Part shown: positions 35,521 to 44,798 of the stretch, one piece after another
Layout: each line of letters opens with the position of its first letter
How positions within the stretch are numbered: position 1 is the stretch's first letter
IMG/VR virus record: IMGVR_UViG_3300025131_000039
Span: 1 to 59,958 of that record
Direction: 5' to 3' (one strand)
Length of the DNA stretch: 59,958 nt
Source of the DNA: a virus
Taxonomy: Duplodnaviria > Caudoviricetes
Position numbers and translations under genes: made by a program
Notes under the pieces: model-generated
The model's database searches: none
What the model saw: only the letters and a program-made list of their open reading frames with translations
Told to the model about the DNA's origin: nothing

Positions 35521-37468
35521 GTACCAGAACTTTATTTACTTATCCAGATATTCTCGTTGGCTGGAATCGGAAGGCCGTAGAGAAACATGGGATGAGACTG
35601 TCAATAGATTAATTAGTTTCTTTAGAGTTCATGTAGAAACAAACCTTGGGGTTAAGGATCAACTTGATACCAAGGATTGGAGTATGATACGTAATGCTAT
35701 TCTTAATCTTGAAGTAATGCCTAGCATGAGATCGTTGATGACTGCTGGCCCTGCTCTTGAGAGGGAGAACATAGCTGGATATAATTGTTCCTATATACCA
35801 GTGGATAATCCAAAGTCCTTTGATGAGATACTTTATATTCTTATGAATGGTACAGGTGTAGGCTTCTCTGTTGAGAGACAGTATGTCAATCAGTTACCTA
35901 CCATACCAGACGTAGAGTTTGAGAGAACCGATGACGTTATTAGTGTGGCTGATTCCAAGGAAGGATGGGCCAGAGCATTCAAGGATTTGATATCTTATTT
36001 ATATTCAAATAGAATACCAAAGGTAGATGTTGCCAAGGTACGTCCTGCTGGTTCAAGGTTAAAAACCTTTGGTGGTAGAGCCAGTGGTCCTCAACCATTG
36101 GTGGACTTGTTTGACTTTACCATACGTAAGTTTGAAGAAGCCAGAGGTAGGAAACTAAACTCCATAGAGTGCCATGATATAGTTTGTAAGGTGGGTGAGG
36201 TGGTAGTCGTAGGTGGTGTACGTAGGTCTGCTCTCATATCTTTGTCTAATCTATCAGATGATCGTATGAGAGCAGCTAAGTCTGGTGCTTGGTTTAATAC
36301 TGATCCACAACGAGCCTTGGCTAACAACTCTGCTGTATATACTAATCGTCCTGACACTGGTATATTTATGCAGGAATGGCAGTCTCTCTATGAAAGTAAG
36401 AGTGGTGAACGAGGTATCTTTAATCGTGAGTCAGCACAATACAAAGCCTCACAAAATAAACGTAGAGCATGGGATGTAGACTTTGGAACTAATCCTTGTT
36501 CAGAGATTATACTACGTCCTAATCAATTCTGTAATCTAACAGAGGTAGTGTGTAGGCATGAAGATGATCGTAATTCTTTGGCAAGAAAGATACGTATAGC
36601 TACCCTGTTAGGTACTATTCAATCTACACTCACTGACTTTGGCTATCTTAGAAAGAGATGGATAACTAATACAGAAGAAGAGAGACTGCTAGGTGTATCT
36701 CTTACAGGGATTATGGATTGTGAACTACTACATACTTCTCCAGAGAAGTTATCTTACTCTGCTAATATACCTTACTTAGAAGATACTCTTAAATATCTAC
36801 GTAACGTAGCCGTGACAACGAATAAGAAGTGGGCAGAGAAACTAGGTATACCTCAGTCCACGGCTATTACCTGTGTGAAACCATCAGGTACTGTCAGTCA
36901 GCTAGTAGATAGTGCCAGTGGTATCCATGCTAGACACTCAGAGTTTTATATTAGAACAGTCAGAGGAGACAATAAAGATCCTATGACTGCATTCTTAAAG
37001 GACATGGGTATACCTAATGAACCTCAAAGAAATGGTAATGTAGAATCTAAGGATGTTTCTGTCTTCTCATTTCCTGTCAAGACATATGCTAAGTCTGTAT
37101 ATAGAAATGATCTTAGTGCTATACAACAACTGGAAATATGGAAGACGTATGCAGAACACTGGTGTGAACACAAGCCAAGTGTTACTATATCTGTGAAGGA
37201 AAGAGAGTGGATAGAAGTTGGTGCTTGGTGTTGGGATAACTTTGATCATCTATCTGGTGTATCTTTCTTACCTTATGCTGATCATAGTTATATACAAGCC
37301 CCTTATCAGGAGATAACCAAAGAGGAATATAGCAAAGCAATGAAAACTATGCCGAAGAAACGTATTGATTGGTCTTTACTTACAGAGTTTGAGAAGGAAG
37401 ACACAACAAAAGGATCACAAGAACTGGCATGTACTGCTGGCGTATGTGAACTGGTAGACATATCATGA
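35504..37468 (+). CDS. nrdJ: Class II (adenosylcobalamin-dependent) ribonucleotide reductase
   Basis: MPSMR, YNCS, GTGVGFSVE, VVVGGVRRSALI, TNPCSEI, CNL, TCVKPSGTVSQL, C-terminal C...C; no beta subunit gene. Confidence 0.9.
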   Translation: MSLPTEYQNFIYLSRYSRWLESEGRRETWDETVNRLISFFRVHVETNLGVKDQLDTKDWSMIRNAILNLEVMPSMRSLMTAGPALERENIAGYNCSYIPVDNPKSFDEILYILMNGTGVGFSVERQYVNQLPTIPDVEFERTDDVISVADSKEGWARAFKDLISYLYSNRIPKVDVAKVRPAGSRLKTFGGRASGPQPLVDLFDFTIRKFEEARGRKLNSIECHDIVCKVGEVVVVGGVRRSALISLSNLSDDRMRAAKSGAWFNTDPQRALANNSAVYTNRPDTGIFMQEWQSLYESKSGERGIFNRESAQYKASQNKRRAWDVDFGTNPCSEIILRPNQFCNLTEVVCRHEDDRNSLARKIRIATLLGTIQSTLTDFGYLRKRWITNTEEERLLGVSLTGIMDCELLHTSPEKLSYSANIPYLEDTLKYLRNVAVTTNKKWAEKLGIPQSTAITCVKPSGTVSQLVDSASGIHARHSEFYIRTVRGDNKDPMTAFLKDMGIPNEPQRNGNVESKDVSVFSFPVKTYAKSVYRNDLSAIQQLEIWKTYAEHWCEHKPSVTISVKEREWIEVGAWCWDNFDHLSGVSFLPYADHSYIQAPYQEITKEEYSKAMKTMPKKRIDWSLLTEFEKEDTTKGSQELACTAGVCELVDIS

Positions 37469-37815
37469 AGGAAGGAAAAGTATGGGGTAACACGATAGAC
37501 CTATTGAAAAGTCCTGCTGTTGAGATACATCAGATATACATAAAGCCTAAATCATATTGCTCATTGCATAAACATCAGACAAAGTTTAATGCTTTCTATG
37601 TTATTTCTGGCAAGCTAATGATAGAACGATGGAAGAATGACTATGATCTAACAGATCAGACTATATTACATGCCGGGGATTTTACTGTAGTACCACCGGG
37701 AGAATATCATATGTTCACAAGTCTTGATGAATGTGTTAGTGGGCTGGAGATATATTGGAGTGAGTTAAATCATAATGACATAATAAGAAAGAACTCAGGG
37801 GGTACAAAAAAATAA
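37465..37815 (+). CDS. Cupin-domain protein (sugar isomerase-like)
   Basis: CSLH.H..K...FYV.SG, GD...VPPG.YH. Confidence 0.75.
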   Translation: MKEGKVWGNTIDLLKSPAVEIHQIYIKPKSYCSLHKHQTKFNAFYVISGKLMIERWKNDYDLTDQTILHAGDFTVVPPGEYHMFTSLDECVSGLEIYWSELNHNDIIRKNSGGTKK

Positions 37816-37891
37816 GGCTTGCCTGTGCCTTCCGACTACTGCTGTAAAAGGTGTGGCTAGAAGAAATCGGACTACAGGCTCTGAAAAGTTC

Positions 37892-37920
37892 TTGACAAGT
37901 TCTTAATTATGTGAGATAAT
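37892..37920 (+). promoter_or_regulatory. sigma70-type promoter upstream of hsp20
   Basis: TTGACA-17nt-GATAAT; shares taattat and gagataat with SSB promoter. Confidence 0.75.
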
Positions 37921-37965
37921 ACACACTGGAATGCCATAATGGGTTCCTAAACAAAGGAGAATGAT

Positions 37966-38373
37966 ATGTTAAACAATGACTTATGGCCTAGATATTTTAT
38001 TGGGTTCGACAGAATGCTGGCAAATTTTCCAGCCCCTACTAATAATACAGATGGTGGGTATCCACCTTATGATATTGTTAAATCAGGTGAAGACTCTTAT
38101 TGTATAGAGATGGCTCTTGCAGGTTTCACTAAAGAAGAAATACAGGTTGAGGTTAAAGAAAGTAACTTAACTATAGAAGGGGATGCCAGTGATAGACATG
38201 ATAACTCTGACTATGTTCACAAGGGAATTGCTAGGAGAGCATTCCAAAGGAAGTTTGTCCTTAACGACACGGTTGAAGTCGAGGGGGCTGACCTTACCGA
38301 TGGGGTACTTCATATTCGATTAAAGCAGAACATTCCTGAAGAACAAAGACCAAGACAAATAACTGTTAATTAA
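37966..38373 (+). CDS. hsp20: Small heat shock protein (Hsp20/IbpA-like)
   Basis: IGFDR, YPPYDI, IEMALAGF, HKGIA.RAF.R.F.L, A.L.DG.L.I.L, PEE.RPR.I. Confidence 0.95.
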   Translation: MLNNDLWPRYFIGFDRMLANFPAPTNNTDGGYPPYDIVKSGEDSYCIEMALAGFTKEEIQVEVKESNLTIEGDASDRHDNSDYVHKGIARRAFQRKFVLNDTVEVEGADLTDGVLHIRLKQNIPEEQRPRQITVN

Positions 38374-38382
38374 GGAGACTCT

Positions 38383-39162
38383 ATGAATACAGTCTATATT
38401 GGCTACGATCCTAAAGAGGATATGGCCTACCAAGTTTTAAAGTTCTCATTGGAACGTATAACAACGAAGCCAATAAGAGTAGTGCCAATTCGATTAGATG
38501 TAGTACAGCGTATGGGTCTGTATCGTAGAGACTTTTCTGTTATGGACGGTCAGAGATATGATATGATTGATGGCCGTCCTTTCTCTACTGACTTTTCCTT
38601 TACCAGATTTCTTGTTCCCTTCTTGAATATGTTTGAAGGCAAGGCTCTGTACATGGACTGTGATATGTATATGAGGACAGATGTGGCAGACCTCTTTGAT
38701 ATATGTAATTTAGATTACTATCCTCTGTGGTGTGTGCATCACGAGTATGAACCAGAAGCCAGTAGCAAGATGGATAACAAAGTACAGGAACCATACCGTA
38801 GAAAGAACTGGTCAAGTCTTATAATGTTTAACTGTGCTCATCAGGCACACAAGAACCTTAGTATAGATGATGTCAATACACAATCAGGCAGATGGTTGCA
38901 TGGTTTTGAGTGGCTACCTGATAAGGAAGCAGACATAGGACGTATACCTGAAGAATGGAACTGGCTTGATGGTCACTCTGATCCTAACTTAGAAGCAAAG
39001 AATGTACACTTCACAACAGGTGGACCTTGGTTTGAAGGATGGGAATGCAGGGGTAAGGTAGATGCGAAGTATGCAGTCGAGTGGACTAACGATGCACGAT
39101 GGTTACAAGCTAATGGCATGGTAGATGCTGAAGTAGATTACTTAATAAAGGCAAAGAATTAA
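38383..39162 (+). CDS. GT-A fold glycosyltransferase (GT8-like)
   Basis: IGYD, STDFSFTRF.VP, MDCDM (DxD), RKNWSS, EWNWL, HFT.GGPW. Confidence 0.8.
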   Translation: MNTVYIGYDPKEDMAYQVLKFSLERITTKPIRVVPIRLDVVQRMGLYRRDFSVMDGQRYDMIDGRPFSTDFSFTRFLVPFLNMFEGKALYMDCDMYMRTDVADLFDICNLDYYPLWCVHHEYEPEASSKMDNKVQEPYRRKNWSSLIMFNCAHQAHKNLSIDDVNTQSGRWLHGFEWLPDKEADIGRIPEEWNWLDGHSDPNLEAKNVHFTTGGPWFEGWECRGKVDAKYAVEWTNDARWLQANGMVDAEVDYLIKAKN

Positions 39163-41507
39163 TGACACAAATAAATGTAGTTACAGCATTCAATGAGAAC
39201 TCTCTTAAAGATCATGCACACCAGATGTTTCAACGAGTTGCCAAGTACTGGCATCCAGATATTAAACTAACAGCTTACTATTTTGATTGTGATATAACAG
39301 CCTATGATCTTCCTGATTGTATTGAGTATAAAAATCTTGAGGAAGTGCAGGGCTTTAATGAGTTTCGTGCTGATATGGCAGTCCACGATGGTACTGAGAA
39401 TGGTACACTAGATTACAACTGGAGAATAGATACACTTCTAACAGCTCCTAAAGTTTTTGCTCTTACAGAACAGTCCTTCTCCATAGCTGAGAAGACCAAG
39501 GATGGTGGATGGTTACTGTGGATGAACACAAATATCATACCAGTAGCTGATCTTACATCTGACTATATACATAAGTTCTTTCCAGAGGGTTCTGATATAG
39601 TACATCTAAGTGGAGATACAACGGCTGATACACCTGATCAGTATAGTAATCCATCCTTTATGGCCTTCAATCTAAATCATCAGTCACCTTTGGATATACT
39701 TGGTGATCTACGTGGAGCCTATGAGAGTAACGAGATACTATCCTATAGAGAATGGCATGATGCTTTTATCTTTGAAAGATTGCTAAATATATACAGAGCA
39801 CATGGTATGAGAGTGCATACCCTTACTCCAGCCAATACAAAGAAGGGTATCTTTGCTACTCCCTTTAGAAAGTATCTAACAAACTTAGAGGAAAGTAACA
39901 GAGCCTTACGTGACAGTGATGGTAACAGGGTCTTCCCTCTATCAGAGGAAGCCTTACCACCAGACATTAGACCTAATCGTACTAAGATGCTGGCTGATAT
40001 TATTAGATACTATAAGCCTGAAACTATAGTGGAAACAGGTACATGGAATGGTGGACGAGCTATAGAAATGGCTCTTGCTGCTTTTGAAAACAACGATGAA
40101 GTTACCTATACAGGCTACGATTTGTTTGAGGATGCTACAGAAGACACAGATATAGAAGAGTTTAATCACAAAGCTCATGTTAATATGAAAGCTGTTGAGA
40201 AAAGATTAACAGAGTTCAAAGATAGCATGAAGAAAGATAAGAATAAAACCTTTAACTTTACCTTGGTCAAGGGTAATACACGAGATACTCTGGTAAAGGC
40301 AGAGCCTGACTTAGCTTTGATAGGTGGTGGTAATAGTATTATAACTACACAGAATGATTACTCCAAGCTGGAAGGCTCTCGTGTCAAGATGGTGGATAAC
40401 TATTTCAGTGAGGATGCTGATAAGAAACAACCATCCAAGAAGTATCATGGAGCAAACATACTGATACAGACATTGGAGAGTGTGAAGAGAATAGTCCTTC
40501 CTTCCTCTGACCCTGTTAAGGATGGTGGAGTAACTCATTATTGTATTATATATAATGAAGCTACAACTCCAGCCCTTCCTGATAGCTTACTTAACGTACC
40601 TATTGTGGTACATCCACGAGACTGTGTAGACAAAGAGTATATACAGAGCAATATCATGGAGAACATGAAGCTAATGGATAAGGACAAGTTCCTTGGTAAG
40701 TGTATACCTCATAATGGGGAAGTTATTATAGTATCAGGTGGACACTCAACGGACTTTGATAAGGTCAAACAGTTTATTAAGGAGAAACCAGATGCTAAAG
40801 TACTATGTGTAAAGCACTCTTATCCTAAACTGTTGGAGAATGGTATCAAACCTTGGGCTTGTATTGTACTTGATCCACGGTCTATTGAAGGAGAGAGTAC
40901 ACATGGAGTAATACGTAAGGATCTATTCAAGACTATTGATCCTACCACTAAGTTCTTTGTGGCATCCATGACTGATCCATCTGTTACCAAGTATCTGCTG
41001 GAGAAGAAAGCTGACATCTATGGATGGCATGCATTTACCGAATCACTACGTAATGAAGAGGAGAGAGAACAGGAGATAGAGAACCAGAAGGTACATGTAA
41101 TGCCTAACCTTGGCATACCAGAAGGCTCTACTCTTATTACAGGTGGTACGTGTGCAGCCATGAGGTGCCTTGGCATCATGCATACGATGGGCTTTAGAAC
41201 ATTTGATCTCTTTGGATTTGATTCTTCCATGCAGAAGAAGCCTACTCCAGAGCAGATGAAAGAGACAACAGGCTCAGAGGATGAGGAGCCAAAGCCTAAG
41301 TACATACAGGTTAATGTACGAGGTGAAGACTTCTGGACTACTGGTGAGCTACTGGCTATGGCACAGGATTGTGAACGTACCTTTAACGATGCATCTATGA
41401 ACTTAACACTGGATGTGCATGGAGACAAGACACTCGTTAGTGCTCTATGGAAACTATATCTTGATGAACGAAAAGTAAGTGAGTTCAAGGATGCATTCAA
41501 TGACTGA
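39162..41507 (+). CDS. Tri-domain protein: GT-like + SAM-methyltransferase-like + Maf/DUF115-like glycosyltransferase
   Basis: N: VVTAF..KVFA..EWHD.F.F; middle: IVETGTWNG, GYDLFE; C: IIVSGG.S, GIKP, LDPR, GGT.A, MGFR.FDLFGFDSS. Confidence 0.6.
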   Translation: MTQINVVTAFNENSLKDHAHQMFQRVAKYWHPDIKLTAYYFDCDITAYDLPDCIEYKNLEEVQGFNEFRADMAVHDGTENGTLDYNWRIDTLLTAPKVFALTEQSFSIAEKTKDGGWLLWMNTNIIPVADLTSDYIHKFFPEGSDIVHLSGDTTADTPDQYSNPSFMAFNLNHQSPLDILGDLRGAYESNEILSYREWHDAFIFERLLNIYRAHGMRVHTLTPANTKKGIFATPFRKYLTNLEESNRALRDSDGNRVFPLSEEALPPDIRPNRTKMLADIIRYYKPETIVETGTWNGGRAIEMALAAFENNDEVTYTGYDLFEDATEDTDIEEFNHKAHVNMKAVEKRLTEFKDSMKKDKNKTFNFTLVKGNTRDTLVKAEPDLALIGGGNSIITTQNDYSKLEGSRVKMVDNYFSEDADKKQPSKKYHGANILIQTLESVKRIVLPSSDPVKDGGVTHYCIIYNEATTPALPDSLLNVPIVVHPRDCVDKEYIQSNIMENMKLMDKDKFLGKCIPHNGEVIIVSGGHSTDFDKVKQFIKEKPDAKVLCVKHSYPKLLENGIKPWACIVLDPRSIEGESTHGVIRKDLFKTIDPTTKFFVASMTDPSVTKYLLEKKADIYGWHAFTESLRNEEEREQEIENQKVHVMPNLGIPEGSTLITGGTCAAMRCLGIMHTMGFRTFDLFGFDSSMQKKPTPEQMKETTGSEDEEPKPKYIQVNVRGEDFWTTGELLAMAQDCERTFNDASMNLTLDVHGDKTLVSALWKLYLDERKVSEFKDAFND

Positions 41508-42120
41508 GCCATCCACTGAGTATAACGAATTAGTAGATGAATACAAGGGCTTACATAAAGATCCTACTATGTTTCCGGGCAAGAGTGTACTCAAGTATAC
41601 ACATTATATTAGATCTATTCTAAAGGATAATAAGTGTAAGACTCTTCTAGATTATGGTAGTGGTAAGGGATACTTATATGAAGCAGATCATCCTTATACT
41701 AAGAAGAAGTTAACTAAACCATTGGATAAGTTCTGGAATCTGAACTCAGTAACCTGCTATGATCCGGGTGTGGAGAAGTTCTCCAAGCTACCTGAAGGAG
41801 TATTCGATGCAGTCATAGCTGTGGATGTGATGGAACATATACCTACAGAAGATGCAGAGTGGGTGTTGGATAAGATTATGGGCTACTCAAGCAAGGCTGT
41901 ATTCCTGAACATAGCCTGTTACGAAGCACTTAAAACATTTAAGAACGGCAAGAACGTACACGTATCTGTACATTCTCCTGAATGGTGGATGGACTTATTG
42001 AATAAAGTATGGTATAATAAGCATCATGAATGGACAACTGTTCATGTAACCTTTGAAGAAGTGGAGGAAAGGTTTGTCTCGTCTGGAATATTTAAAACAA
42101 ATGTTTTGTACAGTCATTGA
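41500..42120 (+). CDS. Class I SAM-dependent methyltransferase
   Basis: LLDYGSGKG, YDPG, FDAVIAVDVMEHIP. Confidence 0.85.
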   Translation: MTEPSTEYNELVDEYKGLHKDPTMFPGKSVLKYTHYIRSILKDNKCKTLLDYGSGKGYLYEADHPYTKKKLTKPLDKFWNLNSVTCYDPGVEKFSKLPEGVFDAVIAVDVMEHIPTEDAEWVLDKIMGYSSKAVFLNIACYEALKTFKNGKNVHVSVHSPEWWMDLLNKVWYNKHHEWTTVHVTFEEVEERFVSSGIFKTNVLYSH

Positions 42121-42217
42121 GGATATCATGGAAGATTGGGAACTAATTATATCTTTATTCGTACTCAGCTTTGTGATAATGTTCTTCAGTGCAATCTATT
42201 TAACATAGGAGAATAGT

Positions 42218-42622
42218 ATGGCTATAGGAATTATAGAATCAGTAGTGGGTGTGGTAGATAATGTACTGGATAAGTTTGTCGAGGACAAAGATCTACGTGC
42301 CAAGTTAAACCATGAGCTAAAGACACAGGTGCAACGAGCTAATCTTGCACAGATAGATGTTAATAAGGAACAGGCCAAGCATCCTTCTATCTTTGTAGCA
42401 GGAGCTAGGCCAGCTATCATGTGGATATGTGCCTTTGGATTAGGATGGCAATTCGTATTCCAACCTGTATGCCTATGGGTACTAGCTATATGGGCTACTG
42501 ATGTAGTCATGCCTATCATACCAACAGAAGGACTGATGACATTAACATTATCTTTACTTGGTCTTGGTGGTATGAGAAGTTTTGAGAAGACCAAAGGTAT
42601 ACAAAGAGACAATCTTAAATAA
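42218..42622 (+). CDS. 3TM holin-like protein
   Basis: N.E.AKH.S.FVAG.RPAI.W, LLGLGGMRSFEK.KG. Confidence 0.8.
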   Translation: MAIGIIESVVGVVDNVLDKFVEDKDLRAKLNHELKTQVQRANLAQIDVNKEQAKHPSIFVAGARPAIMWICAFGLGWQFVFQPVCLWVLAIWATDVVMPIIPTEGLMTLTLSLLGLGGMRSFEKTKGIQRDNLK

Positions 42623-43029
42623 TGCTAACAGATAAACAAGAGAGGTTTGCTCAAGCATACATCCTACATCGTAATGCAACAGAAGCTGCGAAGGCTGCTG
42701 GTTATGCTACACGATCTGCCTATAATCAAGGCTATAGGATGTTAAAGAATGCAGAGATAGTAGAGAGAATAGCTGATCTTGAGAATGAACTTGAAACAAA
42801 CATTGATGTAATAGAGGAGATAGAAAATCAATACACATTTGCGAAAGCAAATGGACATACGAATAGTGCTATCAAGGCACTTGAACTCCTGTCCAGAATA
42901 CGTGGAGCTAAAAGCGGTAAAGAAATAGATATATCAGAGGAAGGATTGGAAACAGCTATCGTGGAAGCTATGCAGGTACTGGGTAAGGAGAAGGTTAGTG
43001 AACTTGTTAATAAATGTAACTTTACATAG
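42622..43029 (+). CDS. terS: Terminase small subunit-like protein
   Basis: LT.KQERF...Y....NATEAA..AGY HTH; A.KALELL. Confidence 0.8.
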   Translation: MLTDKQERFAQAYILHRNATEAAKAAGYATRSAYNQGYRMLKNAEIVERIADLENELETNIDVIEEIENQYTFAKANGHTNSAIKALELLSRIRGAKSGKEIDISEEGLETAIVEAMQVLGKEKVSELVNKCNFT

Positions 43030-43038
43030 GAGAAATAC

Positions 43039-43389
43039 ATGAAGATTATAGCCGCTTTAGTAGCTAGTTTATTTTTAATTGCTGCTTGTAATGAAGACAA
43101 AGAAGCACAAGCAGGTGACGTTACTGTTGAAGATCTGGCACCATTGCCTACTAGGACAGCAGATCTAGGGATTACACTAGGTACTCGCTATGAGTTTAAT
43201 GCAGATGATGGTACTCAGAATAAGATGAGGCTCTTTCTTTCAAAGCAGTTCTTGGAAGACAATGTTATCAAGGTAGCTTGGACACGTAAGATAGGGCGTA
43301 CCGTAAACTTCTTTCGTTCTGATACAGTAGATGGTGTGAGCTATAGAGATACAGGAGATATATTCCTAGAATATAGCCGTAGTTTTTAA
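43039..43389 (+). CDS. Lipoprotein
   Basis: Signal peptide with lipobox IAAC; C-terminal ...FLEYSRSF. Confidence 0.65.
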   Translation: MKIIAALVASLFLIAACNEDKEAQAGDVTVEDLAPLPTRTADLGITLGTRYEFNADDGTQNKMRLFLSKQFLEDNVIKVAWTRKIGRTVNFFRSDTVDGVSYRDTGDIFLEYSRSF

Positions 43390-43538
43390 TTCCTCTCTCT
43401 GTTAAATAGTTCAAAGAGTGTTCTGATCTTCTCTTTTATAATTTGAATATCAGAATGCATCTTAGCCAGCACAATGATAAGGGTAATAAGTGCAACAAAG
43501 ATGGGCCAAGACGTTCTAATAAATTCCATCCAAATCAT
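43386..43538 (-). CDS. 50-aa TM plus coiled-coil peptide (possible lysis accessory)
   Basis: Own translation MIWMEFIRTSWPIFVALITLIIVLAKMH...; aaggag RBS. Confidence 0.55.
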   Translation of the reverse strand: MIWMEFIRTSWPIFVALITLIIVLAKMHSDIQIIKEKIRTLFELFNRERN

Positions 43539-43559
43539 TTGTTACTCCTTATCGTTGCG

Positions 43560-43934
43560 TTACTTATAACTCCATATCATTGGAGTTTGATGATCGTCCA
43601 TATCTAGGTGGACAAACCTATCTTCCTTAGAGCCATGCTGCTTTATACCTATACCTTTAAAGCCATGCTCTGTTGCTACTCTAATTATATTATATGCTTT
43701 CTTACCATGACATGCAATGTCTACTGCTATACCTCGTAGGTGAGGAGAGTCCCTACGGCCTCCGATAACATCGTTGTAGGCCATATGTCTGTAGCCTGAT
43801 ATTATATTCATATGTTGATCTAGTTCTTTGCGAAGAGCTACGAGTCTTTTCATAAACTCTTCATTCATATTTATTTCCCCTGTTCCTTTACATCTTAAAT
43901 CGTCTTCTGAGAAAAACTCCCATCGTTTCTTCAT
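43560..43934 (-). CDS. Peptidase M15 endolysin
   Basis: F...L.C, SGYR, S.H..G.AVDI, FVHLD Zn-peptidase motifs. Confidence 0.85.
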   Translation of the reverse strand: MKKRWEFFSEDDLRCKGTGEINMNEEFMKRLVALRKELDQHMNIISGYRHMAYNDVIGGRRDSPHLRGIAVDIACHGKKAYNIIRVATEHGFKGIGIKQHGSKEDRFVHLDMDDHQTPMIWSYK

Positions 43935-43943
43935 TATAACTCC

Positions 43944-44555
43944 TTATATGGGTCGTGCATTATATGGGTATGGATTACGTTGTATCATCCCACCTGTATA
44001 TTTTTTTAACTTTTTAAAAACCTTTGCTGCATATTTTTCATTCTTTTCTTTATCTTCACTTCCATACCAATCACCTATTACTTCAGCTAATTGTAGATCA
44101 TCCAATCTATCAGGATCGTATCCTTTATAATAGGCTTTTAATTTAAATAGTCTATCACCTAAATCCCAATATGTCTCTTTTTCTTCTGGGGTTAAGAGAT
44201 CTCCTGTTCCACCATAATCATATCGTGGATCATATCCTTCCATATCTTGCTCGTTACCATGTTTAGCAAATTTCTTAGATTGTCTTTTTAGCTTTTCTAC
44301 TAATTTCTTTTCTTTATCAGATAGTTTTGATTGCCCCTTACTTATTAAGTGATCATCTTTTAAATCATCCAACGTAGATCCTGTTATTTGCAAGGGACCA
44401 TAAGCAGTAGAACCACCGGGAGCCTCTCTATGCAGAGTTCTAATCCAAGGATCATCATATAGTTCTTTCGGTGTTTCGTGAGCAGCTATACCTCTTGTAA
44501 GTATATCTCTAGGAGAAGTTCTAGGCAAATACTCCCTTGTAAAAATCTCAGTCAT
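43944..44555 (-). CDS. Lysozyme-like-fold virion protein (putative)
   Basis: I...HET and STAYGPLQIT resemble transglycosylase motifs. Confidence 0.45.
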   Translation of the reverse strand: MTEIFTREYLPRTSPRDILTRGIAAHETPKELYDDPWIRTLHREAPGGSTAYGPLQITGSTLDDLKDDHLISKGQSKLSDKEKKLVEKLKRQSKKFAKHGNEQDMEGYDPRYDYGGTGDLLTPEEKETYWDLGDRLFKLKAYYKGYDPDRLDDLQLAEVIGDWYGSEDKEKNEKYAAKVFKKLKKYTGGMIQRNPYPYNARPI

Positions 44556-44797
44556 TACTTATCCATTCTCATGTAGTCATCAATCTTATCTTCAAGCCTA
44601 TCGAACCTTGCCATAATCTGCTGTAGGTCATCTTTAACATCTTGTTTGGTTGCATAGGTTAGAGCTATGTGCTCCCTATTAGACAACCCTTCCTCACGTA
44701 TCTTTGTAATGGATGCTGAAGTGTTACGTATCCACCACAGAAATCCACCAATAGCCATCGTGAGAATGGCATTCCAGATCATGGTCATGTCTTGCAT
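44555..44797 (-). CDS. Small TM plus coiled-coil protein
   Basis: WN..LT...G...WW; Y.TK....RFDRLE.KID. Confidence 0.55.
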   Translation of the reverse strand: MQDMTMIWNAILTMAIGGFLWWIRNTSASITKIREEGLSNREHIALTYATKQDVKDDLQQIMARFDRLEDKIDDYMRMDK

Positions 44798-44798
44798 T

